A DNA stretch of 64,000 bases from an uncultured Atopostipes sp. (GCA_963558565.1 CAUWGX010000002.1:49079-113078), one strand, 5' to 3'; positions 11,507 to 21,631 are shown, counted from the stretch's first letter. Made by a program: numbers and translations. Notes: generated from the letters alone by a model not told the origin.

Positions 11507-11526
11507 TTAATCTGAATTAGAGATAA
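11507..11526. promoter_or_regulatory. MhqR-like operator upstream of the LLM oxidoreductase
   Basis: Minus strand TTATCTCTAATTCAGATTAA; first 13 nt identical to the site at 56671. Confidence 0.55.
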
Positions 11527-11713
11527 TTATATTATGACATGGATCCTTCGATTTCTAGAATAAAACGTTTAGAAAAGGAAATTTTCATTATTGAGGACTA
11601 TCTATCGTTGAGAATTTCGAACTTATTGAACGTTTTTCTTCCATTGAAACCTCACTAAAAAACGGACGCTTAAAACATCAGCAGTCTTAGTCGTCCGTTC
11701 TTATATTTACATT

Positions 11714-12862
11714 TTAAATTTTTTCAGAAAGCTCTATAGTCCTCGCAATATTTCTAGCAGTTGCTACAATATTCTGAAAACCTTCGGCAAAGGCTGTCTC
11801 TAAATCCGTAAGCTGAGGTAAAATACTGAAAACAGCGTCTATTCCCTGTTCGTAGACCCGCTCATAATCTTCGGAAAGAGAAGCTGTCATTGCAATCACC
11901 GGCAGCTCATATTTCTTAGCAACTTGTGCGACTACAATCGGCGTCTTCCCGTAAATCGTTTGGTGATTAATACCACCTTCGCCTGTAAGCACTAGGTCAG
12001 CTTCTTTGATCGCTTCTTCCAAATGAACTCTTTCAACAATCACTTCGCCACCATTTCTTAATTCCGCATCGAGAAAAGCAAGCAAAGCACCACCAACCCC
12101 GCCAGCAGCTCCTGCTCCTGGGGTTTCTGCAATCTCTTGCTTTAAATCACGATGAATCACTTCAGCAAAGTGCTTTAAGTTTTCATCAAGTGCTTTGACT
12201 TGGTCTGGTGTGGCTCCTTTTTGTGGACCATAAATATAGGAAGCACCATTCGGACCTGTCAAAGGATTGTTTACATCACTTGCGATCACTATGTTTACAT
12301 TTTTCAAACGTGGATCGAGGGCAGATCGATCAATAGCAGCTAGTTTACTCAAACCAGCGCCACCTAGGGGAATTTGCTCATCTTTATGATCTAAGAGCTT
12401 ACCCCCTAAAGCTTGAATCATCCCTGCCCCGCCATCATTTGTGGCGCTACCGCCGATTCCGATGATTATTTCTTCTACTTCTTCGTCTAAAGCTCCTCGA
12501 ATTAAATCGCCTAAGCCCCAGGAAGTAGCACGCATCGGATCTCTTTTTGAGCTTTCAACAAGTTCTAAACCTGAAGCAGTGGCCATCTCAATGATGGCTT
12601 GTTTGCCTTCATTTAAAAGGCCAAAAGTTGCTTCAATCTTATGCCCTAAAGGGTCTTTTGTATGAACCGTTCGCAACGCGCCCGCTGTCGCATCCACTAA
12701 AGACTGTAGCGTACCTTCTCCTCCATCGGCCATCGGGATTTTGACATAGTCCCAGTGCGGATGGATTTTTTGAAAACCTTCTTCAATGGCTGTCGCTACT
12801 TCCATAGCGGTTAAGCTTTCTTTAAAAGAATCTGGCGCAATGACAACTTTTTTCCGGCTCAT
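11714..12862 (-). CDS. glxK: Glycerate kinase (GlxK/GarK family)
   Basis: IAPDSFKESL, PMADGGEGT, GIGGSATNDGG, GAGAAGG. Confidence 0.93.
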   Translation of the reverse strand: MSRKKVVIAPDSFKESLTAMEVATAIEEGFQKIHPHWDYVKIPMADGGEGTLQSLVDATAGALRTVHTKDPLGHKIEATFGLLNEGKQAIIEMATASGLELVESSKRDPMRATSWGLGDLIRGALDEEVEEIIIGIGGSATNDGGAGMIQALGGKLLDHKDEQIPLGGAGLSKLAAIDRSALDPRLKNVNIVIASDVNNPLTGPNGASYIYGPQKGATPDQVKALDENLKHFAEVIHRDLKQEIAETPGAGAAGGVGGALLAFLDAELRNGGEVIVERVHLEEAIKEADLVLTGEGGINHQTIYGKTPIVVAQVAKKYELPVIAMTASLSEDYERVYEQGIDAVFSILPQLTDLETAFAEGFQNIVATARNIARTIELSEKI

Positions 12863-12883
12863 ACGTCTCGCCCTTTCAGCATT

Positions 12884-14026
12884 TTATTCACTTAAATAAG
12901 CTGGGAATAATTTTTTGTAGACATCAATAAACTCTAGATAGTTATCGATTTCTACGTACTCGTCTAATTGATGCGGTAGGTTTGGAACACCTGGTCCAAA
13001 AATAACAACATCAAAGTCATTGTCTGCTTTCGTAAATTCAGCAGCATCTGTCGTCGCTGCGATACCAATTAAGTCCAGATCTTCGTCAAAGATATTTTGA
13101 ATATTTTGAATCAATTCTGAATCTGGATCTGATTCGACAGGTTGTTTATTGAAATCAATGTTTAATTTTAATTCGCCATCAATTTCTTGATTAATCTCAT
13201 CGACAATTTTTTCTAATAATTCGATCGTCTCCTCATTTGAGAATTCTGGAATCGAACGAATATTTGCTTCAACATCCGCATAGTCTGGAATACTGTTAAC
13301 TTGCGAGCCTCCATTAATAATCGTAATGTTGTGCGTAAATTTACCAAGAATCTCATTTTCATGGTCTGCTGTTACTTGATCCATTTCTTCATTCACTCTT
13401 GTAATAAATTCATTCAATTGATTAATCGCATTAATTCCTTCTTCAGGCATTGAACTATGTGCAGATTTACCATGAGATTCAACTGTGTAGTTAATTGAAC
13501 CTTTATGCGCATAGCAAATATTGAATGAAGTTGGTTCTGCAATAAGCATCGCATCTAAGTCATCCGCATAGCCCATTTCTGTTAGTTGAGCTGAACCAAG
13601 TTCCCCAACCTCTTCACCAACGGTTAGTAGTAATTTAATGGTTCCATCAAATGAAGTGCCTTCTTCTTTCATTTCAATTAATGCAATGACTAAAGCTGCA
13701 GTTCCTGCTTTCATGTCTGTAGCTCCACGTCCATAGAGTTTATTATCTTCAATATGTGCTTCATAGGGTGGGAATTTCCACTCAGATTCATCACCAGCTG
13801 CTACAACGTCCAAGTGACCACTGATTCCTAAAGTTTTTCCTTCACCTTTTTGAATCGTTGCAACTAAATTACTACGTCCTGGTTCTTCCCAGTCAATGAG
13901 TTCTGATTCAATATCGTATTCATTTAATAAGTTTTGTAAATATTCAGCAACCTCTTTTTCGTTACTGTTTACTGATTTAATACGAACGATATCTTGTAAT
14001 ATAGATATTTTTTTCTCTTTTTCCAT
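12884..14026 (-). CDS. M20 family ArgE/DapE-like deacylase
   Basis: SGHLDVV, GRGATDMKAG, GEEVG, C-terminal H..DEY. Confidence 0.9.
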   Translation of the reverse strand: MEKEKKISILQDIVRIKSVNSNEKEVAEYLQNLLNEYDIESELIDWEEPGRSNLVATIQKGEGKTLGISGHLDVVAAGDESEWKFPPYEAHIEDNKLYGRGATDMKAGTAALVIALIEMKEEGTSFDGTIKLLLTVGEEVGELGSAQLTEMGYADDLDAMLIAEPTSFNICYAHKGSINYTVESHGKSAHSSMPEEGINAINQLNEFITRVNEEMDQVTADHENEILGKFTHNITIINGGSQVNSIPDYADVEANIRSIPEFSNEETIELLEKIVDEINQEIDGELKLNIDFNKQPVESDPDSELIQNIQNIFDEDLDLIGIAATTDAAEFTKADNDFDVVIFGPGVPNLPHQLDEYVEIDNYLEFIDVYKKLFPAYLSE

Positions 14027-14054
14027 TGATAAAACCCTCTCTATTATTTGATTT

Positions 14055-14774
14055 TTAAAATCTTCTAAAAGAATATATTTTGGGTGGTTGAAATTCTTCT
14101 CTTGTGAACTTCAATCCTAAAAGTGCAATTGAAAGGCTTAACCAAGCAATTCCTAAAGAAAAACCACCGATTACATCACTTGGGTAGTGCACACCTAAAT
14201 AAATTCGGCTTAAACCAATCGCTAAAATCAGCAAGCCTATGAAAAGACCCAATAGCCATGTTAACCCTCTTAAATTTCTATGACTAAAATAAAAAGCACG
14301 TGCGATCAGAAATAATAAGCCACCATAGACAATCATTGAACCCATGGCGTGTCCGCTCGGAAAAGTGTAACCTCCTTGGATCACTAAATGCTCAATTTCT
14401 TCCGGACGTACTCTACCGTATAATTCCTTCACACCTCCATTTAACAAACCTGCACCCATTAAAACACTCAATCCATACCATAAACCTGTGCGCCATTTTT
14501 TTAAAGCAAACAAAATAGCGGCAATCATTAAGGTAAGGATCACTTGCGTTTCTCTATCTGCTAAACGTGTAATGCCGGTCGCTACGGTTGTTCGTATTGG
14601 GGTACGTAACTCATAGAAAAAAGAACCTATTTCATAATCTTGAATGGTCACATTTGTCCAATCAAAATAACCAATGATTGCAAAATATAAAAAAGGTAAA
14701 ACGGCAAACAAAGCTATGTATAGGAAAATCCTTCGTACTCGTTCGTCTTCTCTCTTCCTTGAAATCTGCTGCAC
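14055..14774 (-). CDS. PAP2-family membrane phosphatase
   Basis: K.....RP, FPSGHA, SRIYLGVHYPSDV; GTG start at 14774 preferred. Confidence 0.9.
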   Translation of the reverse strand: MQQISRKREDERVRRIFLYIALFAVLPFLYFAIIGYFDWTNVTIQDYEIGSFFYELRTPIRTTVATGITRLADRETQVILTLMIAAILFALKKWRTGLWYGLSVLMGAGLLNGGVKELYGRVRPEEIEHLVIQGGYTFPSGHAMGSMIVYGGLLFLIARAFYFSHRNLRGLTWLLGLFIGLLILAIGLSRIYLGVHYPSDVIGGFSLGIAWLSLSIALLGLKFTREEFQPPKIYSFRRF

Positions 14775-15018
14775 TTCTTCACAACCCTTCAACCCAACTT
14801 TTAAACTATTTCCATTATACACGATGAAGCTCATGAGATTAAATTTTAGCTTTCGAAAACGGCGTAAAACTCTTTTTCGCCCTATCGTTTATAATAAAAA
14901 GCCCTATTCTCAAAAGCGCTCTTTCTTATTGTCTTAAAAGAAGTAAAAAAGGTCAAATGAAAGCGAAAGAAAACAAAATAGTTTTTATGTCGCGTGTATG
15001 ACTCTTTAAAAGGTCAAC

Positions 15019-15141
15019 GCAGGAAGATAACCACTTTATCGTCTCGATGAAGATGTGCCGCGGATAGATAAAACAATTATAGTCGCGAGGGAGCAGCACC
15101 ACAGGAAGATAACCCAATTGTCGTCTCGCTGAAGCAACCGA
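15019..15141. repeat. Degenerate tandem repeat, 3 x 41 bp
   Basis: Units at 15019, 15060, 15101, e.g. gcaggaagataaccactttatcgtctcgatgaag vs acaggaagataacccaattgtcgtctcgctgaag. Confidence 0.75.
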
Positions 15142-15219
15142 GCGCCAGTATCTCTATTCAATAAAAAGAAGAAATCTCTCAGCCTAGATTCTGAGAAGTA
15201 ACCGGATTCCATAAATTCT

Positions 15220-15248
15220 TTGACTTTCTTTACCCCATTCTGTATAGT
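15220..15248 (+). promoter_or_regulatory. Sigma-A promoter of guaC
   Basis: TTGACT-N17-TATAGT. Confidence 0.75.
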
Positions 15249-15271
15249 ATCTAAGGGAATTAATTTGTCCT

Positions 15272-15316
15272 CTCGGAATGTGCTTGTTTATGAAAGTAAC
15301 GTTTCGAGCTTTTTTT
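15272..15316 (+). terminator. Terminator-like hairpin inside the guaC leader (candidate attenuator)
   Basis: ctcggaatgt pairs with acgtttcgag (10 bp, 2 G-U), then c and 7 T; lies between promoter and start codon. Confidence 0.6.
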
Positions 15317-15363
15317 ATGCGATGAATGGTCCCCTAAAAATTTTTGAGGAGCGTTTACCTTCT

Positions 15364-16407
15364 ATGAAAGTTTTCGATTATGAAGATATTCAGTTAATCC
15401 CTGCTAAAGGTATTTTGCAGAGTCGTTCGCAAGCAGACACATCGATTGAATTTGGAAAACATCGTTTTAAATTACCAGTAGTTCCTGCAAATATGCAGAC
15501 AACTATTGACGAAAAATTATCTGTTTGGCTAGCAGAAAATGGCTACTTCTACGTCATGCACCGTTTTGAAGAAGAAACAAGAAAAGACTTCATTAAAATG
15601 ATGCGTGAAAAAGATTTATTTGCTTCGATTAGTTTAGGAATCAAAGCAGCAGAATATGATTTTGTAGAAGAATTAGTGGATGAGGACTTAGTGCCTGACT
15701 ATGTGACTATTGATGTTGCTCATGGCCACTCAGACACTGTTATTAATATGATTAAACATGTTAAAAAACATATGCCAGAAGTATTCCTAATCGCAGGAAA
15801 TGTGGCGACACCTGAAGCCGTTCGTGACCTTGAGAATGTGGGAGCTGACGCAACGAAAGTGGGTGTTGGTCCTGGTAAAGTATGTACGACAAAACTAAAA
15901 ACCGGTTTCGGTACAGGGGGCTGGCAATTAGCAGCTGTTTCACGTTGTTCAAAAGTGGCTCGTAAGCCATTAATCGCAGATGGTGGAGTTCGTACCCATG
16001 GAGACATCGCAAAATCTATTCGATTTGGTGCTTCTATGGTGATGATCGGTTCCTTATTTGCAGGACACGAAGAATCTCCAGGTGAAACGGTTGAAGTCAA
16101 TCATCAAAAATACAAAAAATACTTCGGTAGTGCATCTGCTCAACAAAAAGGTGAACACCGTAACGTTGAAGGAAAATCAATGCTTGTACCTTTCAAAGGA
16201 AGTATCCAAGATACACTGACAGAAATGGAACAAGACTTACAATCATCAATTTCTTACGCAGGTGGCGAAGATCTTGACGCGATTCGTAAAGTAGATTATG
16301 TGATTGTTAAAAATTCTATCATGAACGGTGAAAGTTATAACGCAAGCGGAATCGGTGGCTTTGATGTCCCAGATAGCTTTGCTTCTTCAAACTTCACTCA
16401 ACCATAA
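15364..16407 (+). CDS. guaC: GMP reductase
   Basis: [36 protein letters not shown]; ATG at 15364 with GAGGAG RBS. Confidence 0.96.
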   Translation: MKVFDYEDIQLIPAKGILQSRSQADTSIEFGKHRFKLPVVPANMQTTIDEKLSVWLAENGYFYVMHRFEEETRKDFIKMMREKDLFASISLGIKAAEYDFVEELVDEDLVPDYVTIDVAHGHSDTVINMIKHVKKHMPEVFLIAGNVATPEAVRDLENVGADATKVGVGPGKVCTTKLKTGFGTGGWQLAAVSRCSKVARKPLIADGGVRTHGDIAKSIRFGASMVMIGSLFAGHEESPGETVEVNHQKYKKYFGSASAQQKGEHRNVEGKSMLVPFKGSIQDTLTEMEQDLQSSISYAGGEDLDAIRKVDYVIVKNSIMNGESYNASGIGGFDVPDSFASSNFTQP

Positions 16408-16600
16408 AACAAAATAACTTCATTAACCAATACGCTTTCTCCGCAAGGGAAGGCGTATTTTTTATTGGGCATTTTTTAAAGAACGCACTGCGCCCAGTCA
16501 TTATTTATGAAGCGCATATGAAGCTAAACCTTTAAATTTCATCTTTTAGATATGATACGATAGTCTTAACAAGACAATGAACTATTGGAGGCTTATATAA

Positions 16601-17749
16601 ATGAAATTTACTGAAGAAGAAAAAATAGAAATACTAGCGGATTTAATTGCGATTAAGTCTGTAAACGAAAACGAAATCGAAGTCGCGAATTATTTGAAAG
16701 ATTTATTTGCTCAGTATGACATCGATTCAAAAATTGTTCCCGTGACGGATACCCGAGTCAATTTAGTTGCAGAAATTGGTAGTGGACACCCCGTTGTTGG
16801 TATTTCTGGCCACATGGATGTAGTGTCTCCGGGGGATGAGAGTGAGTGGTCAAACGATCCTTTTAAACTCACGGAAAAAGATGGGAAATTATATGGTCGG
16901 GGCACGGATGATATGAAGGCAGGCCTTTTAAATTTAGCTTTAGTCATGATTGAACTGAAAGAAAATAATGAGCTAGAGAATGGTACGGTTCGCTTTATGG
17001 CAACAACCGGTGAAGAAGTAGGCGCCGCTGGCTCTCAAAAACTTTACGAAGAAGGTTACATGGACGATGTGGACTGTTTATTTGTAGCTGAACCTTCCCA
17101 TGACACCATTATTTATTCTCATAAAGGTTCCTTAAACTTCAAAATTACATCACACGGTGAGGCTGCCCATAGTTCAATGCCTCAAAATGGTTATAACGCC
17201 ATCAATCCTTTAATGGCCTATCTTCTCGAATTAGATAAAAAACTAAATCAAGATACGCGAAAAAATGAAGTGTTGGGTGGGCTTGTGATGAGCACCACTA
17301 TTTTTAACTCTGGCGATCAAGTGAACTCGATACCCGCAAATGCTGTCGCTGAAATAAATGTTCGAACCATTCCTGAATTTGACAATGAGGAAGTGATCGA
17401 ATTATTTAAAGACACAGCTAAAAATTATAATAATGATGAGGGGGCTAATATTGAAGTGGATGTTACGATGTCCTTACCAAGTGTCTTCACCAATGGGCAA
17501 TCAAAAATGGTCGACCTCGCTAAAGAATTAGGGGAAAAATATTTAAACTTAGAAATTGCCCAAGAAGGCTCACCAGGCGTAACCGATGCCTCCAATCTCT
17601 TACGGGATAAAGATGAAGACTTTCCTTTCATGATGTTTGGTCCAGGGGAAACGAAGATGGCGCATAAAGTCGATGAATATGTCTATAAAGATTATTACTT
17701 AGCATTCTTTGATATTTATAAAGAATTGATTTTAGGTCTGGCCGAATAA
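16601..17749 (+). CDS. M20 family ArgE/DapE-like deacylase (paralog of 12884..14026)
   Basis: SGHMDVV, GRGTDDMKAG, GEEVG, AHKVDEY. Confidence 0.9.
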   Translation: MKFTEEEKIEILADLIAIKSVNENEIEVANYLKDLFAQYDIDSKIVPVTDTRVNLVAEIGSGHPVVGISGHMDVVSPGDESEWSNDPFKLTEKDGKLYGRGTDDMKAGLLNLALVMIELKENNELENGTVRFMATTGEEVGAAGSQKLYEEGYMDDVDCLFVAEPSHDTIIYSHKGSLNFKITSHGEAAHSSMPQNGYNAINPLMAYLLELDKKLNQDTRKNEVLGGLVMSTTIFNSGDQVNSIPANAVAEINVRTIPEFDNEEVIELFKDTAKNYNNDEGANIEVDVTMSLPSVFTNGQSKMVDLAKELGEKYLNLEIAQEGSPGVTDASNLLRDKDEDFPFMMFGPGETKMAHKVDEYVYKDYYLAFFDIYKELILGLAE

Positions 17750-17866
17750 ATGACAGCAACAAAGAACAAGACTTTTTCTAATATTTATCCAGGTCATTGA
17801 TCGATAATCATCTCAAAATAACATAAAAAATCCTCAAGCGGGTTCAATGAGCGCTTGAGGATTTTT

Positions 17867-18412
17867 CTATTGTTTATTTTTAATAAAATGTTGAATAATT
17901 TCTTGGGCCGCTTCCTCTACGTTATGATTGATCACGACTAAATCGGTAATTGCGGGTGGCGTTAATTCATTTGTTTTTCGACTAAAATCAATTCGTTCTT
18001 TAATTTCTTGTGGTGAGTCGCCTCGAATTTTCATGCGACGGACCATTTCTTCTTCTGTAATCGCAATAAAAACAACGTAAGCTTCTTCTGGATAGGCTTT
18101 TTTTACAGCCTCTGCGCCATTTTGATCCAATGAAACATGAACGCTATCGTGTTTTTCAAGCATGGTTACGACTTCTTTTTTCGTCAGTCCATATCGATTG
18201 CCATTATAAACGGTCTGTTCCACAAAATCATCGATATCTAATGCATTAAATGTTTTAAAATAATAATCTATTCCATTTATTTCACCATGGCGCGGTTCTC
18301 TAGTTGTGGTTGTTACTAAACGTGGAATACCATGAGCGGTTAAAACTTCGCCAATAGAAGTTTTTCCGCTGCCACTAGGACCTACCAACACGATGATTTG
18401 CTTCGCTGTCAT
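17867..18412 (-). CDS. Guanylate kinase-like protein
   Basis: P-loop GPSGSGKT, TTTREPRHGEINGIDYYF, YNGNRYG. Confidence 0.8.
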   Translation of the reverse strand: MTAKQIIVLVGPSGSGKTSIGEVLTAHGIPRLVTTTTREPRHGEINGIDYYFKTFNALDIDDFVEQTVYNGNRYGLTKKEVVTMLEKHDSVHVSLDQNGAEAVKKAYPEEAYVVFIAITEEEMVRRMKIRGDSPQEIKERIDFSRKTNELTPPAITDLVVINHNVEEAAQEIIQHFIKNKQ

Positions 18413-18444
18413 TCAGCACTTGCCACCCTTCTTCAATCTTTATA

Positions 18445-19785
18445 TTATTTTTGAATATTTTTATTTTTTCCTTGCTCGATAAACGTCTTTCTATCTTGCT
18501 CAGGAACCATCGAACCGCCTGTACCCCAAGCAATATGCGTCGCTTTTTCAAGTTTGTCTTCCAGTTGAAATTGTTCGAGATAAGCGCGACCAGCTGATGA
18601 GCCTAATAACTTAACTGGGCCAGGTAAACCAGCAACAGCTGCCGGTTCGAGGAAAATTCCTTCTTGTTCATATAAATTCGTAAGTAATGCTTTAAATGTA
18701 TCATCATTTAGGGTATAACTTCCACTAAAATAATTATCCATCATTTTCGCTACTAACGCCGAAGTACGCGGAACGGCTAAACCATCCGCTATCGTCAACT
18801 CGCCTAAACCAATGTCTTCTACCGCTATCTTATCAAAGAGCTGCGTGCCTAATCCAATAAGTAAGCTCGGCATTTTTGTCGGCTCCACAAAGAAACAATG
18901 AACATGATCGCCAAAAGCATGCTTTAAACCAAAGGTAATCCCACTTGGAGAGCCTCCGATACCACATGGTAAATAGACAAATAAAGGATGGTCTTCGTCT
19001 ACCTGAATCCCTTCCGCTTCCAATTGCTTTTTCATGCGATAGCCGCCCACTGTATAACCTAAAAATAAATCTTCGGAATGTTCATCATCCACAAAATAAC
19101 TATTCGGATTATTCTCGGATGCTTCTCTTCCGCGTTCAACCGCTTTTGAAAAGTTCGTCGTATGCTCAATCACTTCTACCCCACGAGCTTTTAAGTAATC
19201 TTTTTTCCATTGTCTGGCATCTGCCGACATATGCACCGTCACTTGGAATCCTAAAGCGCGTCCCATGGCACCGACGCTAATTCCTAAGTTCCCTGTCGTT
19301 CCTACGGTTAGATTATAGTCCGAAAAGAACCGGCGGAATTTATCGCTCGCAAAAACTTCATAGTCTACTTCTTTATTCGGCAATATACCTTTTTCGAGGG
19401 CTAACTTTTCAGCATATTTAAGGACTTCGTAAATGGCCCCTCGTGACTTTATGGTGCCTGAGATCGGCAATAAATCATCCCGTTTAAGGTAGAGATTACC
19501 AGGAACTGCTACTTCATATTGTTCTTCTAGCCATTCTTTCATATTCGCTAGTGGTGTTATTTTAGATTCCAGGAGTCCATCATATGATTTTGTTTCTGGA
19601 AAAGCTACTTTAAAATAAGAAGCAAAACGTTGAAAGCGCGCTTCTACCTCTTCAATATCTGTGATTGAATAAGGGACTTTCTGATTCGCAACTTCTGCAG
19701 TCTCAAGGCGAGGATTGATCCAAAACACTTCTTTTTGATTTTTAATTTCTTTTAACATATTTGTTTCTTTAATTCCTACTTGCAA
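18445..19785 (-). CDS. dsdA: D-serine ammonia-lyase
   Basis: LPISGTIKSRG (PLP Lys), TGNLG, FVDDE, YLPCGIGGSP, ADGLAV; TTG start at 19785 with AGGAG RBS. Confidence 0.9.
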   Translation of the reverse strand: MQVGIKETNMLKEIKNQKEVFWINPRLETAEVANQKVPYSITDIEEVEARFQRFASYFKVAFPETKSYDGLLESKITPLANMKEWLEEQYEVAVPGNLYLKRDDLLPISGTIKSRGAIYEVLKYAEKLALEKGILPNKEVDYEVFASDKFRRFFSDYNLTVGTTGNLGISVGAMGRALGFQVTVHMSADARQWKKDYLKARGVEVIEHTTNFSKAVERGREASENNPNSYFVDDEHSEDLFLGYTVGGYRMKKQLEAEGIQVDEDHPLFVYLPCGIGGSPSGITFGLKHAFGDHVHCFFVEPTKMPSLLIGLGTQLFDKIAVEDIGLGELTIADGLAVPRTSALVAKMMDNYFSGSYTLNDDTFKALLTNLYEQEGIFLEPAAVAGLPGPVKLLGSSAGRAYLEQFQLEDKLEKATHIAWGTGGSMVPEQDRKTFIEQGKNKNIQK

Positions 19786-19986
19786 GAGTCCATCTCCTAA
19801 CATGAACAGTTTAATAAATGGTATTAATATCGCTATTGTAACATAATTTACGGAGCTCTCGAAGAATTTTTTAGACAGTTTGATCGCCAAATTTTGAACA
19901 AGTTGAAGAGTTCTTAAAAAAGTAATGAAATTTTACTTGAAAATGGTTATACTAACTGCATAAGTGTTTACTCGAGGAGGAATCGT

Positions 19987-20742
19987 ATGGAATTACTAAC
20001 TTCAAAAATACTCGATGTCTGTTCAGGAATTGGCCGTTTAATGCTTGAAAATGGCGCTGAAACTTATCGAGTAGAAGACACTGTTTATCGTGTCGCTGTA
20101 AATTATGGCATGCAAGGTGTGAGTGTCTTCTCGGTCCCTACCGCTTTAATTATCACCATTCAAGATCAATCAGGGGAAGAGTACACCCGTCTACACAGAG
20201 TTATGGAACAACGAAGTGATTTAGGGATTGTTGCGGAAGCAAATAATTTATCAAGAAAAATTGCAGCTACAGATATTACACCAAATGATGTTTTAACAGA
20301 AATTGATCGTTTAAATCGCCAAGAATCTTCTTATAATGTATGGGAAGAAATATTAGCGGCTTCACTCATTTCTGCTTTTTTCACCGTTATTTTTCTAGGA
20401 AGCGTGCATGATCTCATTGCAGCAGCAATCGCGGGCAGCATTGGCTATGCACTTTTCATTTATACTCAAAAAATGATTAATATCCGTTTTTTAAGTGAGC
20501 TACTCGCGGCTTTAGTGATTGGCGGGCTGGCTTTCTTTTTGACCAATATTGGGATTGGCGAAGATATTAATATTATTATCGTCTCCAGCGTGATGACACT
20601 TGTGCCCGGTCAGGCCATTACCAACGGTATTCGCGACCTGATGGCCAGTCATTTTGTCTCTGGCGTAAGTGTCTTAGCCGATGCTTTCCTCACGGCAGCG
20701 GCGATCGGGATCGGTGTCGCGACGGTTCTGTCGTTTATTTAA
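19987..20742 (+). CDS. Threonine/serine exporter family (ThrE), large subunit
   Basis: LENGAETYRVEDT, LVPGQAITNGIRD. Confidence 0.9.
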   Translation: MELLTSKILDVCSGIGRLMLENGAETYRVEDTVYRVAVNYGMQGVSVFSVPTALIITIQDQSGEEYTRLHRVMEQRSDLGIVAEANNLSRKIAATDITPNDVLTEIDRLNRQESSYNVWEEILAASLISAFFTVIFLGSVHDLIAAAIAGSIGYALFIYTQKMINIRFLSELLAALVIGGLAFFLTNIGIGEDINIIIVSSVMTLVPGQAITNGIRDLMASHFVSGVSVLADAFLTAAAIGIGVATVLSFI

Positions 20743-20760
20743 TTGAAGGAGGATCATTGA

Positions 20761-21228
20761 ATGATTACAGATTTTTTATTACATTTTAGTGCAAGTTTTA
20801 TTACAGCTTTTGGTTTTGCCGTTTTATATAATATTCCCCCTAAGACCATTGCTCCCGCTGGTATCACAGGAGCAATCGGTTGGACGACTTATTTTTTCCT
20901 GTTCAATTACTTAAATGTTATTGATTTCTTGGCGACCATTATCGCTTCATTTTTTATTGCGTTTGCCAGTCAAATCTTCGCCCGCAGACTTAAAACACCG
21001 GTTATTATTTTTACACTACCAGGGTTAATCCCACTCGTTCCTGGAGGGACAGCTTACAACATGATACGAGCGTTTGTTGAAGGCTACTCTACTTTAGGCT
21101 TTGAATATGCGACTGATACTTTCTTAACGGCGGGTGCTTTAGCTTTAGGGTTATCCATCAATGGAGCTGTTTTCCAACTCTTTACTTCGCGCAGTTTATT
21201 CAAACGAGGAAGCCAGTACGTCCCATGA
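20761..21228 (+). CDS. Threonine/serine exporter family (ThrE_2), small subunit
   Basis: FAVLYNIP, PGLIPLVPGG; paired with upstream gene. Confidence 0.88.
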   Translation: MITDFLLHFSASFITAFGFAVLYNIPPKTIAPAGITGAIGWTTYFFLFNYLNVIDFLATIIASFFIAFASQIFARRLKTPVIIFTLPGLIPLVPGGTAYNMIRAFVEGYSTLGFEYATDTFLTAGALALGLSINGAVFQLFTSRSLFKRGSQYVP

Positions 21229-21330
21229 TTTTTATAGAAAATTGATGAATTTTTCTTATTTATGAGATTTTTTTAATAAAACATTTGCTATTTAGGAAAA
21301 ATAAGTGTATAGTAGTTATTACTATATACA

Positions 21331-21585
21331 GCGAAGAAGAGAAAAGTAATTTTTATCTTATAGTTTGAGAGACATCACGGGTGGTGCGAGTGATGATAAG
21401 TAAAAACGAAACACATCTCGGAGCTAGGCATCGAACACATAGTAGATGTTCTCGTGCGCGAGCGTTAATCGCATACGTTTCTAGTAACGTTCAGAGGCAA
21501 ATCATGTGAGTGATTTGCGAATATAAGGTGGAACCACGATTAAATCGTCCTTTATCCAAAACAATTTGGATAAAGGACTTTTTTT
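21331..21585 (+). ncRNA. T-box riboswitch 1, probable His (CAC) specifier
   Basis: AGTA box, AGAGA/GGTG.GA apex, GAAA-CAC-A at 21412-21414, AAGGTGGAACCACG at 21525, terminator 21547-21585. Confidence 0.9.
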
Positions 21586-21631
21586 ATTGTTCTTTTTTAA
21601 TGAATGGTTTCCTTGAAAGGACTGATGTGTC

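Noticed and set aside
15220-15363. 48-aa N-terminal extension of GuaC; purine riboswitch
   Set aside because: The TTG is the -35 box and the real start is ATG 15364 with an RBS; purine aptamer hallmark sequences are absent
19786-19890. N-terminal extension of DsdA in the ORF track
   Set aside because: The RBS supports TTG at 19785; the upstream part is the divergent promoter region
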